Of a stretch of DNA of 44,031 nucleotides, positions 8,655 to 15,702 are shown in pieces. Location of the stretch: contig CAUVMZ010000001.1 of assembly GCA_963552855.1 (NCBI GenBank), positions 1 through 44,031 of the forward strand, in the 5' to 3' direction. The translations under genes were made by a program, and so were the position numbers. Source of the stretch: an uncultured Corynebacterium sp. (GTDB taxonomy: Bacteria; Actinomycetota; Actinomycetes; Mycobacteriales; Mycobacteriaceae). The stretch's first letter is position 1. The number at the start of each line of letters is the position of its first letter. The notes under the pieces are model-generated. The model was not told the DNA's origin. It made no database searches and worked only from the letters and a program-made list of their open reading frames with translations.

Positions 8655-9644
8655 ATGCCGATCACAGATACTCCATTGCGCTACCCTGGCGGAAAAACAC
8701 AGTTAGCCCCGTTTGTAAGCGATCTGCTCCGGGCCAACGACTTACTGCAGTGCATCTATTGCGAACCGTTCGCTGGCGGGGCTGGGATCGCCTGTCGATT
8801 ACTGCTCAAAGGCACGATTGCAGAAGCATGGATCAATGACATCGACCCTGCAATCTATGCGTTCTGGCACAGCGTCTTAAATTCAACGGAACAATTATGC
8901 GAGCGTATCGAACGCACTAAGGTCGATGTTGCCGAATGGCGCCGCCAAAAACAAATTCATGCTGAAGAAAGAAAAAATCTGCTTGATCTCGGGTTTGCGA
9001 CCCTGTTCCTAAACAGGACCAACAGATCGGGTATTCTAAAAGGCGGAGTGATTGGCGGGCTGAATCAGACCGGAAAGTACGCTATCGACTGCCGCTTCGG
9101 GCGGGAGGAACTGGTGCGGAAGATCAGACGAATTGCGCTCTATCGGGAACAAATCCTTCTAACCTGCATTGATGCCCGCCAATACATTCGTCTCAACCTA
9201 AAGAAGCTGCCGCGGTACGCGCTTGTTAATATCGATCCACCGTACTACCGGGCAGGTGCCGGCCTGTATACGAATGCATACCTATACAACGACCATTTGT
9301 CATTGGCCAAAGAAGTACGAAAAATGCCACATCACTGGATGCTGACCTACGATGATGCTCCTGAAATCCGCGCAATGTACTTAGGATTAACTCAGTATCG
9401 GAAAAAACTCACGTATTACGCCCAAGTAAAACGATCAGCGGTAGAGTTATTAATTCTTTCCAGCGGTTTAGTACCACCGGAAATGCGTGCCTTTGGCTCC
9501 GAACTGCTCAATAGCGATGACCTGAGCAGCTGCGATATTTTCCTGCGGGAGCGCGCCGAGGGCATGAACATCCGTACAGAACACCTCACAGATAACCGCC
9601 TTCAGGCTCTCGCTGCGTCGTTGAGCACGCTTTCCGCCCACTGA
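8655..9644 (+). CDS. D12-class (Dam-like) N6-adenine DNA methyltransferase
   Basis: PLRYPGGKT, YCEPFAGGAG, INDID, FLNRTNRSG, DPPY. Confidence 0.92.
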   Translation: MPITDTPLRYPGGKTQLAPFVSDLLRANDLLQCIYCEPFAGGAGIACRLLLKGTIAEAWINDIDPAIYAFWHSVLNSTEQLCERIERTKVDVAEWRRQKQIHAEERKNLLDLGFATLFLNRTNRSGILKGGVIGGLNQTGKYAIDCRFGREELVRKIRRIALYREQILLTCIDARQYIRLNLKKLPRYALVNIDPPYYRAGAGLYTNAYLYNDHLSLAKEVRKMPHHWMLTYDDAPEIRAMYLGLTQYRKKLTYYAQVKRSAVELLILSSGLVPPEMRAFGSELLNSDDLSSCDIFLRERAEGMNIRTEHLTDNRLQALAASLSTLSAH

Positions 9645-9769
9645 TTGAGGCTTTTCCCCTGCGCCTTGGCGGCAACCAGGGCGGCGCGATGCACCACCGG
9701 ATCAATGCGTGGGATCAGCTACCCGCTGGCGGGCTTTTGCGGCGCTTTGCCAAGTTGCGCACAGGATAA
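9602..9769 (-). pseudogene. hicB: hicB antitoxin 3' remnant with in-frame stop
   Basis: Own translation: LSCAQLGKAPQKPASG*LIPRIDPVVHRAALVAAKAQGKSLNQWAESVLNDAARA*, the typical HicB RHH tail. TAG at 9721-9719; 5' part absent. Confidence 0.8.
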
Positions 9770-9861
9770 CAGTTTTTTTGATTTTTAACGCCAGAGACCC
9801 TAAAATGACAGCAAATAACCGCTATTTGCAATATTTCTCAATTTTTATGGGCAAATAGAAA

Positions 9862-10062
9862 ATGACAGCCATGGACTTCTTTATAAATTTTTTACGTGGT
9901 TACGCTTCCATTTTTGATGGGCTCGTCCACCCGCGTCATTACCAAATCACGCACGGAGGGTTTGCGGCAGACGCCAAAAATCTGCGTGGAGATTTTTGCG
10001 CGGTCGGACATAACCTAAGATCAACCTTGGGCCGTGAGCAGGCAGACCAACGCCAAAGTTAG
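9862..10062 (+). CDS. Small hypothetical protein, partner of the DUF2335-like gene
   Basis: 66-aa ORF after TTGATT-17-TAAAAT (9778-9806); overlaps the next gene. Confidence 0.55.
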   Translation: MTAMDFFINFLRGYASIFDGLVHPRHYQITHGGFAADAKNLRGDFCAVGHNLRSTLGREQADQRQS

Positions 10063-10417
10063 GCGACATGACGGTTCCGAGCTGGTCGTCCAAGACAGTC
10101 ACTCGGATTCGCCATTGTTGCCGATCGCGGCAATTGAGCAGCTGCATCAGTTCCGCCCTGATCGCGTCGACTGGGTATTTAACCAGACCCAAATCGAGGC
10201 GGAAGCGCGCCGAAATGAGACCCGGCGCACCAACACCTTTATTTTTATTGAGCGGCTTTTAGGGCTGGCAGGTGCATTGATCATTGGAATTATAGGTGTT
10301 GCTGGTGGCGCTTATGTCGGATTGTATGGTAATCCGTGGTTAGGCGGCATCATTGCAACCAGCACAATATCTACACTGGCGGTTGCATTTATAAGGCGCG
10401 GTAGTCCCAAACAATAA
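10034..10417 (+). CDS. DUF2335-like two-TM membrane protein
   Basis: SPLLPIAAIEQL..PDRVDWVF..EAEARR followed by two hydrophobic helices. Confidence 0.65.
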   Translation: MSRQTNAKVRRHDGSELVVQDSHSDSPLLPIAAIEQLHQFRPDRVDWVFNQTQIEAEARRNETRRTNTFIFIERLLGLAGALIIGIIGVAGGAYVGLYGNPWLGGIIATSTISTLAVAFIRRGSPKQ

Positions 10418-10418
10418 A

Positions 10419-10499
10419 CTACTGTCCAGCTGCATGGGAACCTTGATTCAATGGTTTGTTCCAATGGAGCAGGAGAGTTTCAATGATGAAAACCATTAG
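10419..10499 (+). pseudogene. Probable 3' remnant of the histidine-kinase-like ATPase gene that usually precedes DUF4325 genes
   Basis: Own translation LLSSCMGTLIQWFVPMEQESFNDENH*; GTLIxW resembles the terminal GHKL strand; overlaps the STAS gene start. Confidence 0.4.
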
Positions 10500-10791
10500 T
10501 GTTGCAAAAGACTTTTCGCCCTACCCGGCAGGCCGATTTTGCACGGATGGCCCCTACAGCGGAGAGGCTTTCCGGAAAAAGGTGCTGGCGCCAGTATTGA
10601 AGGCCGGCGAGCACACTGTCGTCGACTTGGATGGCGCGCGAGGTTATGGCTCTTCTTTCCTTGAAGAAGCCTTCGGTGGCTTGGTGCGTATGGGGTTTGC
10701 AAAAGAGAAGGTACTTCGCCTGCTGAGCATCAAATCAGAAGATCAAAGCCTGAGAGACGAAATCCGGGACTATATCGAACAAGGGGAATAG
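10483..10791 (+). CDS. STAS-like (DUF4325) protein
   Basis: AKDFSPYPAGRF..GPYSGEAFR..VDLDGARGYGSSFLEEAFGGLVR; AGGAG RBS. Confidence 0.85.
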   Translation: MMKTISVAKDFSPYPAGRFCTDGPYSGEAFRKKVLAPVLKAGEHTVVDLDGARGYGSSFLEEAFGGLVRMGFAKEKVLRLLSIKSEDQSLRDEIRDYIEQGE

Positions 10792-10802
10792 CGGGTCGTG
10801 TC

Positions 10803-11243
10803 ATGGCGACGCAGATTATCACCTGGTTACTTGTCGTCTGCGGCTGGGTGGTCGTTCACTACCTGACGGTCAAGCGCGAACGCCAGAAAGAAGTTCGCGA
10901 CCTGAAATCATTGTTGATCGAAAAAATTGAGCGCATCGAACAACAAGCCACTGAATTTCACACTTCGGACGCGCATGATTTTCACCGCGCCCAGCAGCTA
11001 ATCGGTGATATATCCCGTGTCGGAAAGCAACTGACCGGGTTACAACTCAAACACCTTGAAGTTGCCCCGGAATACATCAGACAGTTTCGACAAAGCATCA
11101 CATCCAAAAATCTTGACAAGACAAGCTTTGAAAAGCAGACGCCAGACAGTCCGGTCGTCCGGGATATATTCACCGCTTCAACGCAGTTGATTGATGCAAT
11201 TGAAAGCGCCTATACGAATAAGTATTTCGCCCAAAACTGGTAA
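10803..11243 (+). CDS. N-terminal TM-anchored helical hypothetical protein
   Basis: IITWLLVVCGWVVVHYL; 11 bp after the STAS gene. Confidence 0.7.
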   Translation: MATQIITWLLVVCGWVVVHYLTVKRERQKEVRDLKSLLIEKIERIEQQATEFHTSDAHDFHRAQQLIGDISRVGKQLTGLQLKHLEVAPEYIRQFRQSITSKNLDKTSFEKQTPDSPVVRDIFTASTQLIDAIESAYTNKYFAQNW

Positions 11244-11272
11244 GCCCCGACGGATCGAAAAACGTGCACCAC

Positions 11273-11295
11273 AAACCCGCTCCGGCGGGTTTTTT
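11273..11295 (+). terminator. Rho-independent terminator
   Basis: AAACCCGC-TCCG-GCGGGTTTTTT. Confidence 0.85.
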
Positions 11296-11305
11296 ATTGA
11301 TAAAG

Positions 11306-11341
11306 AAAAAGGGCTATGAAACTAATTCCATAACCCTTTTT
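11306..11341 (-). terminator. Rho-independent terminator (minus strand)
   Basis: GGGTTATGGAA-TTAG-TTTCATAGCCC then TTTTT; pairs fully (with G-U) only on the minus strand. Confidence 0.7.
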
Positions 11342-11472
11342 TACCCGGTCACCACGTCGGGTGACGTGGTGTTAGGGCGTACACTGGGAGTACCAGCACT
11401 TGTTTAGCGACGATAAGTCCTGTGGATAAGTTTTGGTAGAAACCACAAACTGATGTATTATTTGAAGTGCAT

Positions 11473-11585
11473 AAAAAAAGCTCACCTCTTTGCGGAAGAG
11501 ATGAGCATTTCATATGCAACAAAGTTCGTATTCCGGTAGATGACCTATCAATCACTTCACCGGATGCGGTTTTCAACAAACGCGG
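11473..11585 (-). ncRNA. Candidate ~110-nt sRNA
   Basis: TTGACA (11620-11615)-17-GAGAAT (11597-11592) promoter; internal CCGGT/ACCGG stem; terminator GCTCATCTCTT-CCGCA-AAGAGGTGAGC-T7 at 11506-11473. Confidence 0.55.
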
Positions 11586-11685
11586 GTAATTATTCTCCAC
11601 TAAACAATGTTCCTTGTCAATAACGTAACGGACAGCGAATATGGCAAAGGAAATGGTTGCCCGCATCTTCCCAACAGGAGGAAAG

Positions 11686-12486
11686 ATGCAACATCAGTAC
11701 AACCTTACACTCATTCAGCGGAAAGTAAATAATTCCGTCATTCAACAACGGTCGATTGATGGCTACATCAACGCTACGGACCTCTGTTCCGTTGCAGGGA
11801 AACGATGGCACAACTATGTACGCAATGAGACGACCGGTCATTTTCTGCGTGCACTAGAGTCCAAAACTCAGATTCGCGTTTCGGAATTAATTCAGATAGT
11901 TAGAAGTGAAAATGGCATAGCGTCAACATGGGTTCACCCAAAAGTTGCTATTCATCTCGCTCAGTGGCTGTCGCCAGATTTCGCGGTTCAAGTAACAGAA
12001 TGGGTGTATGAATGGATGACCGGGCAGTCGCCTTCTCATTCCGTACATACAAACCTCCCGGCTCACCTGCACCGTTACCTGGCAAACGACGGAAGCGTCC
12101 CCCCGGGATATTTCTCCATTCTTCAGGAAACCGCGCTCGGACTAATCGGCCCGCTGCATATGATGGGGTTTGACATTCCGGATAAATGGGTTCCGGATAT
12201 TTCTGTCGGCAAGCTGTTTTGTAAATATCTTCGGGACGAGCACGGCGTGGATACGGACGCCCTACAAACATACAGTCATAACTATCTCGATGGTCGCCCG
12301 TTGGTAGAAGCAAAACTATATCCGGAAGAATTACTCGTAATCTATCGAGCGTGGTTCCGGGAAATATGGCTTCCAGAATACGGTGTTCGTTATTTCAAGC
12401 GCAAAGACATCAACAGTTTGCCATTTTTGGAAAAAATGCCCGCGCTATCCGCTCCGCGAACGCCTGTCAGTATTCCTAGATTATAG
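11686..12486 (+). CDS. KilA-N domain protein with BstA-like C-terminal domain (candidate abortive-infection protein)
   Basis: DGYINATDLC..TWVHPKVAIHLAQWLSPDFAVQV (KilA-N); VPPGYFSILQE..VPDISVG recalled as BstA C-terminal motifs; AGGAGG RBS; located in the immunity region. Confidence 0.7.
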   Translation: MQHQYNLTLIQRKVNNSVIQQRSIDGYINATDLCSVAGKRWHNYVRNETTGHFLRALESKTQIRVSELIQIVRSENGIASTWVHPKVAIHLAQWLSPDFAVQVTEWVYEWMTGQSPSHSVHTNLPAHLHRYLANDGSVPPGYFSILQETALGLIGPLHMMGFDIPDKWVPDISVGKLFCKYLRDEHGVDTDALQTYSHNYLDGRPLVEAKLYPEELLVIYRAWFREIWLPEYGVRYFKRKDINSLPFLEKMPALSAPRTPVSIPRL

Positions 12487-12497
12487 TTTCAACACCC

Positions 12498-12520
12498 AAA
12501 CCGCCTTCGGGCGGTTTTTT
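12498..12520 (+). terminator. Rho-independent terminator
   Basis: AAACCGCC-TTCG-GGCGGTTTTTT. Confidence 0.88.
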
Positions 12521-12547
12521 GTTAGCCACACACCTGCTTTAAACAAA

Positions 12548-12634
12548 AAGCAAGCAAAATAAGATAGTTTATACTTGCATATTAAACAAAAATAACATAA
12601 GATGCAGGCATATTAACCATATTTATGCTTGCAA
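12548..12634 (+). promoter_or_regulatory. Promoter TTGCAT-17-TAAGAT overlapped by four ATGCnnGCAT-like operators
   Basis: AAGCAAGCAA 12548, ATACTTGCAT 12571, ATGCAGGCAT 12602, ATGCTTGCAA 12625; -35 at 12575-12580, -10 at 12598-12603. Confidence 0.6.
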
Positions 12635-13654
12635 ATGACAAATACTCTTAAACCTCAAGCTGCGGGCGGTATCGCTAGAGCCGCTAAGATGACCCCTAAG
12701 GAAAGATCTGAAATAGCCCGCAAAGCAGCCTTGGCTCGACACCACCCTCCTGTCCCGAATTTAACCCCTACAGATCTTATAAAAGCCACGCATCAAGGGC
12801 AGATGACGATAGGCGATCTATCGCTAGACTGTTACGTTTTGGAGGATGGGAGGCGTGTTTTCCATAAGCGAGGTATGGCTAGGGCTATGGGGCTAAAGTC
12901 TGCCGGCGGGAACGCTTTTATGAAGACAATGCAGGGCAAGGGACTCGGATCTATCCTGCCGGAAAAACTAAAAGAAAAAATAGACAACCCATTGATTTTC
13001 AAACCATTAGGCCGGGATCTAGCCCATGGGTATGAGGCAGACGTGCTGGCAGAGGTTGCACAGGCCATTACTCAGGCAGCAGAAGCGGGGTTTCCTTTTA
13101 CCCCTTCGCAAGAGTCCATTGTTACTCAGGCCAGAATACTACTTAACGCGTTTGCAAAAGTTGGCGTTATTGCTCTGATTGACGAAGCGACCGGGTACCA
13201 ACAAATTCGGGATCCAAGCGCCCTAAGGCTTCTGGTTCAGATGTACATCGAGTCCGAAAAGCGAGAGTGGGAAAAGCAGTTTCCTGACTCATACTACGAT
13301 GAGTTGAATAGGGTTTACGGAAGCAAACGTACAACAACTACAACCTCAGGGGCTGTAATACAGAATAGGCCCCAACACTTTGCCAAATTTACCCGGACGT
13401 TTGTCTACCACCCCTTAGAGAACGGGGCTGTTCTTGAGGAGTTGGATAAAATTAACCCAAAGATAAACAGTAACGGCACACGTCGGGCGAGGTTTCACCA
13501 ACACCTATCTGAAGGGTATGGCATTGAAAAATTGAAAAGACAACAACAGATCGTAGAAACTTTACTGTCTGTTTCGGATAATATTTCTCAATTCAAGAAG
13601 CTTTTTGCCAAGAAATTCCCAACTGAAGGAACACAACTGGATTTGCTTGACTGA
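12635..13654 (+). CDS. P63C domain protein
   Basis: GGIARAAKMTPKERSEIARKAALARH, CYVLEDGRRV, VGVIALIDEATGYQ, WEKQFPDSYY, RFHQHLS. Confidence 0.88.
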   Translation: MTNTLKPQAAGGIARAAKMTPKERSEIARKAALARHHPPVPNLTPTDLIKATHQGQMTIGDLSLDCYVLEDGRRVFHKRGMARAMGLKSAGGNAFMKTMQGKGLGSILPEKLKEKIDNPLIFKPLGRDLAHGYEADVLAEVAQAITQAAEAGFPFTPSQESIVTQARILLNAFAKVGVIALIDEATGYQQIRDPSALRLLVQMYIESEKREWEKQFPDSYYDELNRVYGSKRTTTTTSGAVIQNRPQHFAKFTRTFVYHPLENGAVLEELDKINPKINSNGTRRARFHQHLSEGYGIEKLKRQQQIVETLLSVSDNISQFKKLFAKKFPTEGTQLDLLD

Positions 13655-13818
13655 GGAAAGCGCCCCGCTTTCCTGCACGAAGGATATGGCCTTCCATTCG
13701 TACGCGCTTAATCTCAGGCGGCCGCAACCAACCGCTGTACTGGTTGCTGATGGCGAACAAACATTTGCTTGCCATCAGGCTTGCGCCTTGGGTCAAACCG
13801 CAAACCAGGCGCAGGCGC

Positions 13819-14631
13819 TCACCCCTTTTTATCCAGCTTCTGGAACGCCTTATGTGTGGCCTTGATGCTTTTCTTTGTATCTGCAATCGGAGCAGATAGC
13901 GGCATGTGTTCCGGCGCACGCCCTGAAATCTTGATCACCGCATCGCGAACAATTCGCCCAACAGTTTCCGCCGCGCACTCAAGGGGCTGCTGACCCTTGA
14001 TGCCTTCATTGCGTATCTTCGCTTCCGTCTGGGTCAAGCGAAACAAATTGGCGGCCAGTTCTTCCCTGCCCATTCTGTCCAGGAGTGACCCCGTGCCGGT
14101 GAATCTCTTGAAGTTTTTCAGGCGCCAGATCGACATGTTGTACATGCCGACATATCCGGCATTCTGGAATCTGGCGTAATCCTCAACTCCGCTCATTTTA
14201 GCTACCCCGGCCAAGGATTTTTCGTGCTGCGAAATCTCGCCGCGAACCACAAGGCGCTCGACCTCGGCGTTTTGCTGCATAGCTTCCCAGAACGCTTCGG
14301 CAAGGCCGGCAAAAAACCCCTGGGCGCGCGCTACAAGCGGATTGCGGACATCCGCGTTCATTACGGTCAGATAACAGGCAAACCTCGACAGCCGATACTC
14401 TGGCGCTTTCCCCGGGCGGACTGACGCAAAGTTTTCCGCTACGTCAATATTCAGCATCATGCAAACGCCCAGCGCCTTGTTCAGCGCCTTTGCGATAGGC
14501 TCGGTGTCCTCATACCCCAGCGCCCTAGCAAGATCGGACGCGAACCAATAGCGAAAGCCATTTTCCTGCGCCAGAAGCTCGAACGGCGGCGGGTCGCCGT
14601 CAAAGGCGTTAATTGCCGGCAGAGTGTTCAT
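13819..14631 (-). CDS. Bro-N / DinD-like DNA-damage-inducible protein
   Basis: YWFASDLARALGY, YRLSRFACYLTVMNAD, FQNAGYVGMY, LLDRMGREELAANLFRLTQTEAKI. Confidence 0.85.
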   Translation of the reverse strand: MNTLPAINAFDGDPPPFELLAQENGFRYWFASDLARALGYEDTEPIAKALNKALGVCMMLNIDVAENFASVRPGKAPEYRLSRFACYLTVMNADVRNPLVARAQGFFAGLAEAFWEAMQQNAEVERLVVRGEISQHEKSLAGVAKMSGVEDYARFQNAGYVGMYNMSIWRLKNFKRFTGTGSLLDRMGREELAANLFRLTQTEAKIRNEGIKGQQPLECAAETVGRIVRDAVIKISGRAPEHMPLSAPIADTKKSIKATHKAFQKLDKKG

Positions 14632-14767
14632 AAAAAATCTCGTCGTCTAAAGGTTTTGCAGGAAGATTTTAACGCCATTTAACGCGACCCCGACGCTTTC
14701 TTGCGCGCCCGCCCTCTACACCCCCCACCACAAAAACAACGGCGCGGGAAGATTTTACAAAAAATAT

Positions 14768-14809
14768 TTGCGTTTCGCTATTGACAGATAATTAGCGTAA
14801 CGCTACTAT
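14768..14809 (+). promoter_or_regulatory. PL promoter (TTGACA-17-TACTAT) with OL operators
   Basis: -35 at 14781-14786, -10 at 14804-14809; TTGCGTTTCGCTA (14768) and TAGCGTAACGCTA (14793) match the OR sites. Confidence 0.85.
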
Positions 14810-15205
14810 TCACACCAACGCTTCAGCAAAACCTGCGAGTCGGGCATAGAAGCAAGGCAAGAAGGATCACTGGCACCGCCGACATCATGAGCTTTGTGGA
14901 TAACCACTGAGGCAAGCAACGGGCAGTCCGCCAGCCTGAACACATGGCGGATAGGACAGCGCAGCGCCGAATCGCTCGGGCAACCCTGACCGGCGGGGGA
15001 AACAGCCGGCGTAACGGGAGAACGAAAGCCCCGCGACAGACGGTGGAGAGACACCGTGACATAACCACGGAAAGACGTGGGCCGGGACAAACTTTGGGCG
15101 TCCTAGACACAACCCACTGGAGCCGGCTGACCGACGCAAAGACGTCCGAAGCGCGCATGCGTAGCGCCGTGGAAAGCGGCGCACATCCAATTGTGGAGGA
15201 TTGAA

Positions 15206-15430
15206 ATGAACGCCATTAAACGCCTGATCGTCCAGTGCTGGCGCGGATACAAGGCGCGCGCGCTGGAAATCGAACTGAGCGACGTCAACCGCCTGCTGCA
15301 AGAATGCGCCGGCGAGCGCGAAGTCCTGCTCCGCCACCGCGAGCAGACGCGCAAAGAACTGGCTCACGCTCGCGCGCTGTGGCTGTCCGGAATGAAGCCG
15401 GGTAAGCGGCGGATTTTTGAGGTTGCGTGA
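15206..15430 (+). CDS. Hypothetical coiled-coil early protein
   Basis: GGAGG RBS; first ORF of the PL operon. Confidence 0.6.
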   Translation: MNAIKRLIVQCWRGYKARALEIELSDVNRLLQECAGEREVLLRHREQTRKELAHARALWLSGMKPGKRRIFEVA

Positions 15431-15442
15431 TGACATTCCTGC

Positions 15443-15471
15443 TTGACACCGCCTGCCGCTTGAGGGATACT
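15443..15471 (+). promoter_or_regulatory. Sigma70 promoter of antirepressor cassette 1
   Basis: TTGACA-17-GATACT; 28/29 identical to 21585-21613. Confidence 0.8.
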
Positions 15472-15573
15472 GCGCCCGCTACCGCAAATTCGGTAGCCGG
15501 GATTGGCGTCCCGAATTCACAGGCGGACGAACCGCCGCAGTGCGGTTTTTTATCGTCCGTTGCATGGCTCCCT

Positions 15574-15650
15574 TATGGGCGGCCGTGCGGGGAGTCTTCG
15601 GACTCGCCGGTGCCTGTGACCGGTACGCCAACCTGCACGGTCTGCCCACC
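15574..15650 (+). ncRNA. C4/CI-type antisense RNA (P1 C4 / P4 CI family)
   Basis: Outer stem TGGGCGG..GTGCGG / CTGCACGG..GCCCA; UUCG hairpin. Loops GCCTGTGA and ACGCCAA are complementary to TCACAGG(C) (15517, 15687) and TTGGCGT (15503, 15654). Confidence 0.85.
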
Positions 15651-15702
15651 CGATTGGCGTCGGGAGTGGCGGAATCTCAACCGCAATCACAGGAGTCATG
15701 CA

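Noticed and set aside
11349..11666. 105-aa minus-strand ORF
   Set aside because: No RBS or recognisable motif; spans a promoter and crosses a strong same-strand terminator.
14806..15436. Overlapping ORFs on both strands in the PL leader, including a possible N-like Arg-rich ORF at 14944-15204
   Set aside because: No SD sequences, and the Arg-richness is explained by GC-rich hairpins; an N-type role is unsupported.
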